A stretch of 64,000 bases of DNA from Amoebidium appalachense (GCA_963693365.1 CAVNZM010000013.1:62001-126000), one strand, 5' to 3'; positions 44,340 through 57,715 are shown, counted from the stretch's first letter. A program made the numbers and translations. Notes: generated by a model not told the origin, from the sequence alone.

Positions 44340-45107
44340 GGGTTGGTGTTTGTTTTTTTTTTTTTGGGGGGGGGGGGGGGCTGCAGCAAGATGTGTATAT
44401 TTAGCGACTTCTTTGGATCACTCGTTTGATACAAACAGGCGAGAGATCACAGAGATCTTGCAAATATAGCAAACATGTGACGTACCACATACAATCATGT
44501 TAGTAAATGTTACTCTCACATACAAAGCAAGCTATTTTTGGGCACATCTGATTGGCTGATGCTGATATATGTGTGCACAGGACCACCTGTTCATGCTGGA
44601 GGAGGAGGCCGGGCTGACATCGGAGAACAACTTGCTCTACTTGCTGTTCCCGGACTCGGCTGGCTCGTGGTAGGTGTCCACCGTTTTCTCAAACGTATAT
44701 GTCTGCCTTTTTCGTTTTCTTTCCTCTTTAACGACTAGAGAACAACTTGCTCTACTTGCTGTTCCCGTACCCAACCGGGTCGTGGTATGTAGGTGCCCAC
44801 CGTTTTCTTTAATAAATTACTGCTTGTCCTCTTTTACTTTCGGAGTCGAGGACGGCATTTCTCTTTTTTCTAGCCTTCATTCTTTATCCGACAAAAGTCC
44901 ATAAGGTAGTGGGTTTTTTCTAACGTTAGCCTTTTCAAGGTATGTGCAGCCGGCCTAATCATCGGAGGAGCCGCTTTTACAATCATGTTTTTTTTTGTTG
45001 AAAAATATCGGAACAGTAGTTGTTCAGTTTGTTTTCTTCTAACCTCATTTTTTCGAGAAGCTATGCTTAGTAAGAGTCTCCTAAACCATCTCTCTCTCTT
45101 TCTCTCT

Positions 45108-45184
<77 letters not shown>

Positions 45185-45520
45185 ATATACGAGGCTTGGA
45201 ATTTTTTCTGACAATCCTTTTTCGTGAAATGCCAGCCAGTTCCGACGATCGTATTTTCTGTCACAAATCTGTTAATTAGGTCGTATTTTCTAACTCAAAT
45301 TTCCTTCCCCAGGCGTGTGCAGGCTGTGCCCCTCACCCCCTCCTCCTTCGAGCTTCGTAAGGCCATGCCTGAGCCTTGGAGGGGTCTCAGAGACGATGCG
45401 CTGAGTGCAGCCTGCGGAATCCCTGGGGGGGTTTTTATCCACGCAAATGGGTTCATTGGCGGCATGAAGACGAAGGAGGGTGCTTTGGCTTTGGCTAAGG
45501 CGTGCTTGAATTTCGCTTGA
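37081..45520 (+). CDS. MYG1: MYG1 family exonuclease, 12 exons
   Basis: GT-AG exons 37081-37119, 38056-38078, 38649-38713, 39833-39914, 40838-40859, 41234-41301, 41813-41900, 42424-42570, 43030-43152, 43706-43756, 44581-44669, 45313-45520 join in frame; IGTHSGTFHADEA, VDVGAVYD, YDHHQ, KLSSAGLIYKHFG, DGVDNG, WLPAR, CPWK, WRGLRD, FIHANGFIGG. Confidence 0.95.
40340..40690. repeat. 31-bp minisatellite in MYG1 intron
   Basis: CCAGATACATACCCTCACCTA(T/C)TCCTATATT tandem units, about 9-10. Confidence 0.95.
42820..42922 (+). repeat. Short interspersed intronic repeat (5'-truncated copy, MYG1 intron)
   Basis: Close match to the reverse complement of 50630-50730; ends GCATTCAA+C-run. Confidence 0.7.
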
Positions 45521-46330
45521 GACCACACACAACACATGCGCTTCTCGCGTGTACGTGTGCACGCATACACACACACATACAGAAGGAGAGAGGGACATAA
45601 AACTTCTTTAAGCACGTTAATTAATTGAGATGTAAGGACAGACCGTACATGTAATGTAAGTTGAACCTACACCACCCCCTTTGCTTCTTTGCAGTTCTAT
45701 TGCATCGCCGTAGTACACGAAGGACTTATACAGTCGACACACCTTTGCTGTGATCACATATTAAGGTACTGAGCATAATCCGTATTAGGAGGGTTGGTTT
45801 ACATGTGCGCACAGCATACACGATCGATAGGTTATTCATGAGCATAGCTTATCGGTGGGGTAAAGAGAAAACCTCACATAGAGGCACCCTTAGCGATTTT
45901 TGCACACTTACCATATATGGGAGATCCGATCGAACCGGTTTCGATCTCAACCAATAATAAACGTTTGCAATGATTGTGTCGTTTAAGAAGACCATTTCAC
46001 AATGTGCCTGCTGCAGCTAAGTCATGGCCGATGGGTGCAGTAGTAAAGTTTCTGGTTTAGTTCCTTAATTTCCCTGGTGGTTGATCCTCAAGTTATAATA
46101 TACCAAACATGGCCATGGGATGTGATCGATATACATACTTGCACATTTTGATCGCGATTAATAGTATTTTTGTGATCAACGTGCGCATGCCGGCTGACGT
46201 CGACCTGTGACATCTGAAACTGAAATCTTCGAGTTCTAAAATACACATCATGCATATGTTTATTGTTGTCAAACAGTTTTATTTCGCATCATACAGCTTA
46301 CACTTGTACACACAGTCTAACACAACTTTT

Positions 46331-46525
46331 TTGTGCCTATTATTGTTCACTAATCCGTACATATTGCAACTACACCAACACCCAAACCCTTTCAATGATT
46401 GTGCCTATTATTGTTCACTAATCCGTACATATTGCAACTACACCAAGACCCAAACCCTTTCAATGATTGTGCCTATTATTGTTCACTGATCCGTACATAT
46501 TGCAACTACACCAACACCCAAACCC
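46331..46525. repeat. 68-bp tandem repeat, ~2.9 copies
   Basis: TTGTGCCTATTATTGTTCACTAATCCGTACATATTGCAACTACACCAA at 46331, 46399, 46467. Confidence 0.95.
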
Positions 46526-47053
46526 CATCATTCTTAGGTAGTTGTCTAATTCTTCCAATTTTGGCACCGGGCCATATCCTCTGTAGGCATTAATTTACAT
46601 ACCTACGAGCAAAACATACGCATACAGATGCACAAGATTAGCGGAAGGCGGAGGCCAAACCCCAAACCGAAACAAAATTTTAAAGACACAATAACAGCAA
46701 AAACAGCAAAAAAGAAAAAAAAAAAAGAAAAAAAAAAAAAAAAAGTTTTTTCTACCGGCATTCTACGTCCTTCGCTTCATTAGCCCCATCTGACGAAGAG
46801 CTAAATATTCATCATCCTGAGCATACAACCAAATATTATACATATAGCAGTCTACGTGTCAACACTTCGCGAATTCGAGGATATAGTTTTTCGTCTGCTG
46901 CCCTATGCCTACTCGTGCATATTGGTGCTATAGCTGCGAGCCGTTTTGGAATTGCATGTGCATGTACGGTTCATATTGTACATACATACATTCAATAAAT
47001 AAATAAATACAAAAAAAAAAAAAAAAAAAAAAAAGAATGTGGGTGTGGGTTGG

Positions 47054-47055
<2 letters not shown>

Positions 47056-47092
<37 letters not shown>

Positions 47093-47228
47093 ATATGCTT
47101 ATCTGTGTGTTAGCAAGGGACTGTTGCATGTGCAAGCACGTGTGGCAAACAATGTGTGCAACCTATTGTGTGTGGGGAGGAGTAAACTTGCATGCTCATG
47201 TATCATTGCCATCGCCTAAAGGGGGCCC

Positions 47229-47267
<39 letters not shown>

Positions 47268-47417
47268 ATATGCTTATCTGTGTGTTAGCAAGGGACTGTT
47301 GCATGTGCAAGCACGTGTGGCAAACAATGTGTGCAACCTATTGTGTGCGGGGAGGAGTAAACTTGCATGCTCATGTATCATTGCCATCGCCTAAAGGGGG
47401 CCCCCGGGGGGGGGGGT
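47056..47417. repeat. Tandem duplication of a ~135-bp unit separated by poly-G
   Basis: GTATATGCTTATCTGTGTG...GCCTAAAGGGGGCCCC twice. Confidence 0.9.
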
Positions 47418-47587
47418 TGTGTGCTTCATGTCTGTGCATTGTGCTCATGTCATGAGAGCTGTGGGCGGCACGAAACAATCAGACTCATGAAAAAAAAAAA
47501 GTGATTTCTCCACATGTGCATGCATGTACGATGCGACACAACACCTTCAAAACAGCTCAAAACACGGCTAACTAGGAAGGGGAGGGG

Positions 47588-47628
<41 letters not shown>

Positions 47629-47749
47629 TTGCCAATTCCGCATTAGCCATTATATAAGCTGTCATCGGCTAATAATTAAAGCTGTGTGCAGCGGCTTCAT
47701 ACAAAGCGTTCATTCCCTTCATTTCCGGCCAACGAGCGTGCAACGATGG

Positions 47750-48035
47750 TCGGATTTCCATCATCAATGACCGGATTTTCCATCATTGCTACCGGATTTT
47801 CCATCATTGCTACCGGATTTTCCATGGCTACCGGATGTTCCATCAACGATGGCTGGATTTTCCGTGATCGCTACCGGATATTCCATCAACGATGGCTGAA
47901 ATTTCCGTATTGCTAACCGGATTTCCCGTCATTGCTACCGGATTTTCCGTGCTACCGGATATCCCATCATTGATGGCTGGATTTTCGTATTTGGTACCGG
48001 ATTTGCCATCAATGATGGCCGGGTTTTCCATCATC
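47750..48035. repeat. Degenerate ~21-bp minisatellite
   Basis: Recurrent ACCGGATTTTCCATCA units. Confidence 0.85.
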
Positions 48036-48643
48036 ACTCTTCATTTCTGAACACCGCTGATGATGTATCCCCTTGTGTGAGCCCCATGCATATATGCACA
48101 TGTCCACCTTTGTGTGGCCCATAATAATTCCCCGTTTACGCCCTTACCTGCAAAAGGAGCGAGGTGCTGTTAGCCTTTCATGCGATTGCTGTCGTAAAGT
48201 TGAATGTGCGTACAGAAGACTGTACATGTGAGCGACATGAGGTACGCAGCACGAGCAGAGAGGGAAATTTAACTATGAGGTGGATACGGACGTATTCCCC
48301 GGTGGCGCCACGACGCAGCATAGCAGCCGTGGCGCCGCCTGTAAGTGGCATAAATTTATATGTATGTATGTATGTTTATATAATAAGCATATATATTAAC
48401 AAATATATTTGCTCTATACTCTTATTTTATAACATATATTCATAAATATAATATATTTTTCATACATTATTACCGCTTCGCAACGATTTTGGAGTTTGGC
48501 GCCGTGGCTCAGATCAATCAAGCCAACCAATCAGACAACAGGAAAGCTTGGACCGCCGGCCCGGTGCCCATGTCGCCACCGGCGGATACGTGTGTAACCA
48601 CCCCATAGGTGAATGCACATTGCAAGAAGACAAAAAAAAAAAA

Positions 48644-48684
<41 letters not shown>

Positions 48685-48884
48685 AGGCAAACTACTCATG
48701 AAATGACCATCTACTGAACACAAAGATTGCGAAACACAAGTTCTTGTTGTCTTCCCCCTCCCCCCCCCCCCCCCCCCCCCCCCCCGGCCCCTCCGGTGCC
48801 CTTCCCAAGCCATTTCCCCATCCCCGCTCACTTTTTTTTTCCCTTCCGTTTTTCATTTATGAGCGGGAGAGGGGCGGGTGGGCG

Positions 48885-48937
<53 letters not shown>

Positions 48938-48976
48938 GGGGAAGAGGGGGGGGTCTCGTTATGTGTGTACCTGGAG

Positions 48977-49621
48977 CTATAGGTAGGTTGGGTTGCGACC
49001 AGCAACGGTGGTGATTGGTTTGAGCCGAAGACTGACGACCTGGGCTATGCCACAAGCCACACCCACTATGGCCACAAGATAGCTGCACCCCATTGGCTGA
49101 ATGTCAGCAATGCTTTGAGATTATTGGCCGAATGTCAGCAATGGTTTGAGATTATTGGTGGATGCTTAGAGATTATTGGTGGAATGTCAGCAATGCTTAG
49201 AAATTATTGGTGGAATGTCAGCAATGCTTTGACATTATTGGCTGAATGTCAGCAATGCTTAGAGATTATTAGCTCAATGTCACCAATGCTTAGAGATTAT
49301 TGGCAGAATGTCAGCAATGCTTTGAGGCTATTGGCTCAATGCCAGCAATGATTTGAGGCTATTAGCTGAATGTCAGCAATTCTTTGAGGCTATTGGCTGA
49401 ATGTCAGCAATGCTCTGAGACCATTGGCTTAATATCAGCAACACTTTGACATTGTGGCTAAATGTCATAGATACATTAAACCATTAGCTGAGGGTCAGCA
49501 AGAACCAAATAATTTGGATAATTGCGAGCAATATATCTCAAGACTATCGGCTGAAGGTCAGCAACACCCAAGAGCACACACACACGCTCATATCACTTGA
49601 GAATACATAGGCCGATCCCCC

Positions 49622-49652
<31 letters not shown>

Positions 49653-50171
49653 AATAAATAAAAAAAATAAAAATAAAAATAAATAAATAAAATAAATAAA
49701 TAAAATGTACGCACACACACCTCTGGCCCAAACCTCCATCAGCACCCCCCCCGCCAAACCTATACACAAGCATGTCTTTCTCCCCTCTATGTTTTCTCTG
49801 TTGCAACTATGCAGCTATGCATCCACACCTCTTTCGCTCACTCCCCTCCCTCCCCTTCCCCCCCACCTCCCCTCTCCCTCCGCCCCCCCGGGGCCCTCCC
49901 CTATCCATCTCCCCACCCTCTCCCACCCCCTCCCCACCCACCCACCCACCCACCCAACCCTGTTTTCCCTCACCCCCCTTAACCATCCCCACTCCCCCCC
50001 CCCCCCCCCTCCCCTTCCCCTCCCCCCACCCCCTATTAAGAAGGAAAGACGCAGAAATAGGAAGAACTAAACACAAGCCCCCCCCTCCCCCCCCCCTCTC
50101 CCTCCCCCCCCCCCCCCCCCCCCCCCGGACGCCGCCTCCCTCTTTCCCCCCCCTCCCCCATCCTGCCATCG

Positions 50172-50223
<52 letters not shown>

Positions 50224-51735
50224 CCTCCCCTCGCTCCCTGAGACATGATACACATGCACACACACACACACACACACACACACCTCGAGCCCATGTGAGT
50301 GGAGTAAGGCATAGTCCAGTTGTAGTTTGCAGGAAACATGACCAGCACACACAGCTGCAGCGCCACAAACATGAACGTGAACAGGAGCGCTAGCACTTGC
50401 ATCGATCGGAATAGAATCGTCAGCCCGAGAAACACCGTAGCTGCAGAAGAAAAAAGGGGAGGGGGTGTCAGAGGGGAGAGAGGGGAGGGGGGGGGGGGGG
50501 GGGGGGGGGGAGAGGGGGGAAGGGGAAGGGGGGAGGGAAGAAGGGGACCGGGGGGGGGGGGGGGTGGACCCACAGGGGGGGAAGGAGGGTAAGGGAAGGG
50601 ACCAAGAGGGGAGGGGGGAGGGGGGGGGGGGTTTTGAATGCGGAACACGGTACAAAGTACGCATACACGACGAGAAGCATGGTGCAGGACACATGCAAAG
50701 GCAAACATTCAAGTATGCAACATCAGCCATGTGCACAGTATGCGTCATAAGCAGAGCCCATCCTCGGGGGGGAAGGGGAGGGAGGGGAGGGAGGGGAAGC
50801 GGTTAGGATATGCACGCACGCATTCAAGCGCACACACAATGCCCTCACGCAAACAAGCCTGCACACAAACACTCACGCACACAAGCACGCAGACACACAC
50901 ACGTACATACAAAAACACGCCTCCCCTACGTACCCCTCCCCCATTCCACACGTGCACACACATGCCACACACACACTCATGCACCCCCCTCCTCCCTCCC
51001 CCCTGCACATACATAAACTAAACATACACACGAGACCCCCACACGCGCGTGCACGCGCACACACACCCCCACACACACACATACACGCTCACGCACACGC
51101 ACACGCACACGCATACGCACACGCACACGCACACACACACACACTCTCTCTCTCTCTCTCTCTCTCACGCTTACCCACCCACCCACCCACACCCACACCC
51201 ACACCCATTCCCCCTCCCCCCCCTCCCCCTCCCTCCCCCGTCTTCCCCACCCCCCCCCCTCCCCCCTCTACACACACACACACACACAGTCACCTTACCT
51301 GCAAACGCAGACACACACGCCAGGAAGCACATGATCCCAATCGATGTCTCCAACCCATCTTGCAATTGGTCGAAAGCAAAACTGGTGCTGTGGGGGTTAG
51401 AGAGCAGGCAAAGTGGTTAAAATCACGTGAATAAGTAATCGAATTTAACGTTCATTGACGTATTTTTTGTCTCAAAAACCGCAAATACACGACTTCTAGG
51501 TTTGATCGATCGAAAGCCCAAGAAAATACGCAGCGGTTCTCCGAAGAGTTACAAGGTACGAAAGCACATATGTTTGACCGTAAAACTTTGAAAAGCGAAG
51601 AAAGAAAAACATGAACACACCAAACATGTGTGGCAAAAGCAGGGGCCCCACCCCGAGATGTCCACGGGGAAAGGGAGTGGGATGGTGCGTGGATGGCCGC
51701 GTGGGTGGGTGCGGAAGGGGTGCGTAGGTGTGTGT

Positions 51736-51766
<31 letters not shown>

Positions 51767-52154
51767 CGCAAGTCATCCCCGACTCAGCCAACTTTGGCAG
51801 AACACCAGAAACCATTTTGATTAAACAGAGGATGGTTTCTAGCCTTTCCAACCATAGATATAAATTTTACAAACAATTAAAAAAGTAGGAATATATGTAC
51901 GACACGGTGATATATGTAATAAGACTGCAGACTGAAAAAAATTACAGAGACAAGGATATGAAGTGCATGTTTAGAGTGTTTTGCCTGTGTGCGCGAGTAG
52001 ACTTTCAACACGTGAACGTGTGTGTGAGTGTATGTACCTGCGCCTGCATGTTTGTGTGCATTGTAAGTGTGTGTGTGTGCCTGTGTCTGCTGCTTGTGTG
52101 TGTGTGGTCTTTGCGCCCCAACCCCCCCCCCCCCCCTCTCTCTGTGTGTGTATG

Positions 52155-52228
<74 letters not shown>

Positions 52229-53042
52229 TGTTTTCTGATATGTGTGCACGTACATCGTCCCCGTGACCCATTTGCATATATGCTTGTGCCCATGCGCCCT
52301 TTCCTTCAACCCCTCCCTCTCCCGCCCCCACCCCCCAACATACACACACACACACCCTTCCTCCACCATTCAAAACACACACATCCACACACCAATGATA
52401 TGGTTTGAAAAAACGACAATGAATGAACGTATGCAAGAACGAAAAGAAACTTTCCCGCGCAAAACAGCGAACGAAACGGGTAATGAAACGGGAGAAACAG
52501 ACAACAAGTCGGGATGGCCCCAAAACAAAAACAGAAAAACGTGAAGGGCAGAAAAAGACAGTGTTTCAAATGAAGATATCAAAGGCTAAGAAGGAGGCTA
52601 AGAAGGATGGCTGTCACTGTATTATTTTTTTTTTCCCCCTTTCGAAATCCCTTCACTCTTGCACAGCGCCAATTTGCCTACACAATACCACCCCACAATG
52701 GCAGGCCGATCAATCCAGCCTTTCCCCTGCCGCACAACGGCGTGGAGGCGAGGAGGGGAAAAAAGTGTGAGGAACGGATGAAAGCCCAGGGGCAGGGGGG
52801 GGGGGGGGGGGGGGGAAGGGGGGGGGGGGGGGGGGGGGGGATCGGGGCGGGGGGAGGAGGGGGGCCAGCAAAATCCAATGTTAAAAAAATAATATTTGCA
52901 ATTAAGAGTAAAATCACGCACCAGAAGTGCAGCACGTTGCCCTCCAGGTCAACCACGACATAGTCTGGGCAGTTGGAGGCCAACCCGATGACGATACCGT
53001 TGCCCGTATACCAGTAGACGGTGGTGAGGGAGAGAACAGCCG

Positions 53043-53137
<95 letters not shown>

Positions 53138-53219
53138 GGTGTGTGTGTGTGGGTGGGTGTGTGTGTGTGCCAGTAGACGGTGTTGAGGGAGAGAACAGCC
53201 GCTGTGTGTGTGTGTGTGC

Positions 53220-53300
<81 letters not shown>

Positions 53301-53329
53301 AGTAGACGGTGGTGAGGGAGAGAACAGCC

Positions 53330-53416
<87 letters not shown>

Positions 53417-53448
53417 TCAGTAGACGGTGGTGAGGGAGAGAACAGCCG

Positions 53449-53533
<85 letters not shown>

Positions 53534-53563
53534 AGTAGACGGTGGTGAGGAAGAGAACAGCCG

Positions 53564-53610
<47 letters not shown>

Positions 53611-53648
53611 TGTGTGTCAGTAGACGGTGCTGAGGGAGAGAACAGCCG

Positions 53649-53729
<81 letters not shown>

Positions 53730-53792
53730 AGTAGACTGTAGTGAGGGAGAGAACAGCCGCTGTGTGTGTGCGTGTGTGGTGGTGGTGGTTGT

Positions 53793-53826
<34 letters not shown>

Positions 53827-53987
53827 GAACGGGGAGGTGGGGTGGGGAAAAGGGTGGGGAGAGGGAGGAGGGAGGAGGGGGAGAGGGTGGGGAGAGGGGG
53901 AGGGGAGAGGCGAGAGGGTGGGGGCAGGGGGGCGAGTGAGTGAGTTTGAATGAATGAGTGTGTGTGTGCGTATGTGTGCTGTGTACG

Positions 53988-54020
<33 letters not shown>

Positions 54021-54151
54021 GGGAGGGGGAGGGGGCATGGGAGGGGAAGAAGTGGAGGTGAAGGGGGGAAGAGGGGGGGGGGGGGGGGGGGGGGGGGTAC
54101 GTGTGTGTGTATGTGTGTGAGCCTGTGCGTGTGTGTGAGCGTGTGCATGGT

Positions 54152-54184
<33 letters not shown>

Positions 54185-54972
54185 CGGGTACGTGTGTGTG
54201 TGTGTGTGAGCCTGTGTGTGTGTGTGAGCGTGTGCATGTGCGTGGGGGGGGGGATGGGGGTGCATGTACGTGTGTGTGGGCGTGTCGGGGGGAGGGGTGG
54301 GTGCATGTTTGATTGTGGTGTGTGTGTTTATGTGAGTGCGTGAGTGTGTGTGCGTGGGTGGTTGTACGTGTGTGTGTGTGGCTGGAGGGGGGCTGTGTGT
54401 ACGTGTGTGTGCGTGTGTGTGCTGTGAGCGTGAGTGTATGTGTGGGGGCGGGTGGGGGCGGGTGGGTGTGTGTGTGTGGGGGGGGGGGGGGGGGGGGGGG
54501 GAGTGTGAACGTGTGAGCGTGTGTGTCTGTGTGTGGGGGGAGGGGGGGGGGGGAGGGGGGTGGGATGCATGTGTGCATGTGTAGATGTGTGGGTGTGTGT
54601 GTGCGCGCGAGTGTGCGTGAGGGGGGGGAGATGCGCGAGTATATGCATGTCTGTGTTACCGTGTTTGTGCGTGTGGGTGTAAGTGTGTGTGTGTCAGGTT
54701 GTGTGCTCTCGTGCTTGTATACCTGTCTGTTTGTGTTTGTGTATGTGTGTGTGTGTGTGCTTCTGTGTTTGTGTGTATTTACCAAGTATATGTATGTGTA
54801 TGTGCCTGTATGTGTGTGTGTTGGCGTGGATTTACATGATCCCCTGTATTAAGGTGTGTCACAGATAGTGCTTGTGTATGTGCGTCTGGGCAAGCACACA
54901 ACGCTTACCTGCGCTGATGACCACGCTCATAATGAGGTAGGCAAAAAGCCTAAAATTTACAAAAACTCTCAT
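48977..54972 (-). CDS. Claudin/PMP22-superfamily four-transmembrane protein, 178 aa, 5 exons
   Basis: Exons 54909-54972, 52922-53042, 51299-51387, 50284-50440, 48977-49082 join in phase (537 nt): TM1, YWY..GLASNC..HFC loop, TM2, TM3-FP, MGSSYLVA-TM4, tail ending NPTYL. Confidence 0.8.
49091..49565. repeat. 31-bp minisatellite (~15 copies) abutting the last 3' splice site of the tetraspan gene
   Basis: ATTGGCTGAATGTCAGCAATGCTTTGAGATT units; TGCTGAC on the transcribed strand. Confidence 0.9.
50630..50772 (-). repeat. Short interspersed intronic repeat (longest copy, tetraspan intron)
   Basis: C-run, GAGGATGGGCTCTGCTTATGACGCATACT...GTACTTTGTACCGTGTTCCGCATTCAAAA, C-run on the minus strand. Confidence 0.7.
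53012..53761 (-). repeat. Seven 33-bp copies of the exon-2 acceptor and exon start, spaced by (GT)n
   Basis: CAGTAGACGGTGGTGAGGGAGAGAACAGCCGCT at 53012, 53171, 53300, 53418, 53533, 53618, 53729. Confidence 0.95.
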
Positions 54973-56216
54973 GTTTCAGCCTCAGTGGCTCGTTTCGGCC
55001 CACGCTGATCTCTCTGACTTGCCAGGTATACAACATTTGGATGCAGAGGAGACATCATTGTGGCTGGAACCAGCTTGACATTCGTAACACTCGCGAAGAA
55101 GATGGTGGCACCAGGAGCATTGCAGTTACCAGTTCAAGAACCGGTCAAGCAGAACTTATTCAGGGGTCTTAGACTGGAATATAAAAAAAAAGTCCATAAC
55201 ATGAGAAAAAGTTCTGCCTGCTAGGCCAGCGGAAAGAATCGGTACTTCAAAACTTTTCGATGCTGGGATGGTCACGTGAGTTGCTGTCTCTGCTAGTTCT
55301 CCAAAGGGTTATAAAGTAAAACCCACCAAAGATTTGAGGTGATACAATGTCACGTGTTTCCGCTGCTATGAGATGAAAGCTAGGCTGTAAAGCAACATGG
55401 CATACAAGCAGCTTCGGCTTGTGCAAAAACACTTCAGCATATGCGTTGGCGTTGACCGTATTCTAGTGTTAGCCCTCTATGACTCCACAAGCGATTCAGA
55501 GACTCAAAAAGGTTGCCTTAACCTATGGCAGCCATCAACAGGAAGATAGGCGCTCTATACATGTATAACAAAAACCAAAGAACATGTTTCTTCCCTTCTT
55601 AGCAGAGTGCAACTTTCGAATTCCTGTTTTCTGGTCGCTGAGGGCGCCACACTTGATCACTCGGCGAGAAAGCACCCAATTAGGATCTACCCAGGAATGT
55701 AATCGAGATCGCTTAAAACAGATCCACCAATCAAAACTGTAAAGCAAAATACCAGGGCTTTAATCATTTTGCGTTACGGTTGCGCGTTCTCCCCGGGGAT
55801 ATATTGATGCTACCAAAATGTAAAAGTGTTACTTAAAATAGAAAGATAAACATAGACTTTTCGAGACGGCCGTAGGCTGGCGCCCGTTGAGAGCCCGTCC
55901 GACGTCGACGGTCACCACCGAGTCAGTTGGTAGGAGAGCTTCTGTAGAATGTAGAACGTCCAGAAGATGCGTGTATTTGGCCATGTGTGTATTTATTTTT
56001 TAATTTTTGACTCTAGGCTTTCTGCACCTCCCAGCATCCACATATCTGATCAAGTTCAGATGGTCCATATTTCGCTTATACCCCATCGAAGCTTATAGGG
56101 CAGCGAACCTGTTTTTCTTTTTTCCTTGACGGAAAGCCTTTGTTTCTCACAATCTCCTTCACGTCTTTAGGCCTGTGTCTTCGACTTTGCCCACACGGAC
56201 ATGTTCTCTAGAAGCC

Positions 56217-57456
56217 ATGGTCAAACCAAAGGTGCCTTTTCGCATGGGCATAGCAAGTCTTGTGACTTCGGTGCTATGTTTTTCCTTGTCCAGCACAAGG
56301 GGGCCAATCTTTAAAGCAACACAGTTCCTACTAATCCACCTGACACTAGTATTTTGGGCTAAGGCATGGGCGCTACGCACTCGTTCGGTCTCCTGTTTTG
56401 GCAAGGATGCTAACGGGAACATATCATTTCCTTGGAGAATTTTCTGGTGGCCATGGCGGTTTTTGCTCCGCATTGCCCTAAAAGTATTCCGTGGACAAAT
56501 CAAGAAGAAAGGATGGGAGGAGGTCAGCAGTCTAGACGGTGCATGGATCATCACTTCATACCCTGGGCCTAATGCTGACGTAAGTGTCTCGGATTTCCTT
56601 GTTTTTTTCAAAGAAGCTGCCTCGAAAATGTAGTGGGGCAAGAAGTCTCGATGAAAAGGTTAATTGTGGTGGGAGTCGAAAAGGAGCTGTGGCAGACCAT
56701 GGGGGTGACGGGGTAGAAGAAACAAGGAAGCAAGGGGGGAAGGGAGGGGGGAGGGGGGAGGGAAGGAAGGGGAGGGAGGGGGGGATAGGAGGGAGGGAGG
56801 GTTGGGGTGGGGAGGAAGGGTTGGGGGGGGGGGGGGGGGGGGGGGGGAGAAGGGGGTAAGGGAGGGAGAGAATATGTGGCTCAGCTGCTGCTCCCATTTG
56901 GAGCCCATTTCGTTGTTTGCAACCCTATAACTACCCTTACACAGCGCTCACCCCCCGATCAGATAGCTGTCATTCATTACCCGTCTGTCTTCTCCCTTTT
57001 TCGGATTTGTAATAATGCCCGATGTATTGGTAAGAGGGCAGTGTTGTTGGTCTCATTTTTCAACTCAACTCCCATGCACCCTAACAGGAACTCCTCAAAT
57101 ATCATCCTCTCGCGGTTATTGACGCAACCGCCGACCTTCCACGCCACCCCATCTTCAAGAACTGCCCCTACCTGAACATCCCATCGCTCGATGGCCAAGC
57201 ACCCCTTCCAGAACAAGTGGAAATGGCGGCCATGTGGGCTGCCGAGAAACGAAAAGAGGGATACATTGTTCTGGTGCATTGCGCTTTTGGAATTGGTAGG
57301 AGCACGCTGTTGTTATGTGCTGCCATGGTGGCGGCGGGCGCGATGGGAACATGGGAGGATGCGTATGCATACATACGTGAGAGGAGGCCGGTTGTGGTGC
57401 TCAATCCAGAGTATGTACGGGCACTGAAGGAATGGGAAAAGGTGAGGAAACGATGA
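56217..57456 (+). CDS. Membrane-anchored dual-specificity (CX5R) phosphatase, YnbD-like, 2 exons
   Basis: Exons 56217-56579 and 57088-57456 (GTAAGT...CTAACAG) in frame, 243 aa; hydrophobic N-terminus, FGKDANG, IDATADLP, PSLDG, VHCAFGIGRS, IRERRP. Confidence 0.88.
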
Positions 57457-57602
57457 TCGATGATAACGCAGTAAGGTACAACCGGGAAACGGATCTCTGT
57501 ATGTAATGTATGCATAGTAGTAATTGTTTGCTAATTAGTTGGTAATAGTGTGACCTACAAAACCAAAGTTGATCTATTTGCTTTCTTCCCTTTTTTTTTT
57601 GT

Positions 57603-57649
<47 letters not shown>

Positions 57650-57677
57650 GGGCCAGGAAAGAGGGCGGGCAGGCGGG

Positions 57678-57715
<38 letters not shown>

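Noticed and set aside
51780-52730. Extra candidate exons in tetraspan intron 2
   Set aside because: Direct exon 2-3 splicing keeps the frame and creates the conserved Cys; these candidates lack convincing donors or hit stops.
53012-53761. CRISPR array (33-bp repeats with spacers)
   Set aside because: Spacers are (GT)n, the repeat is host exon sequence, the context is eukaryotic and there are no cas genes.
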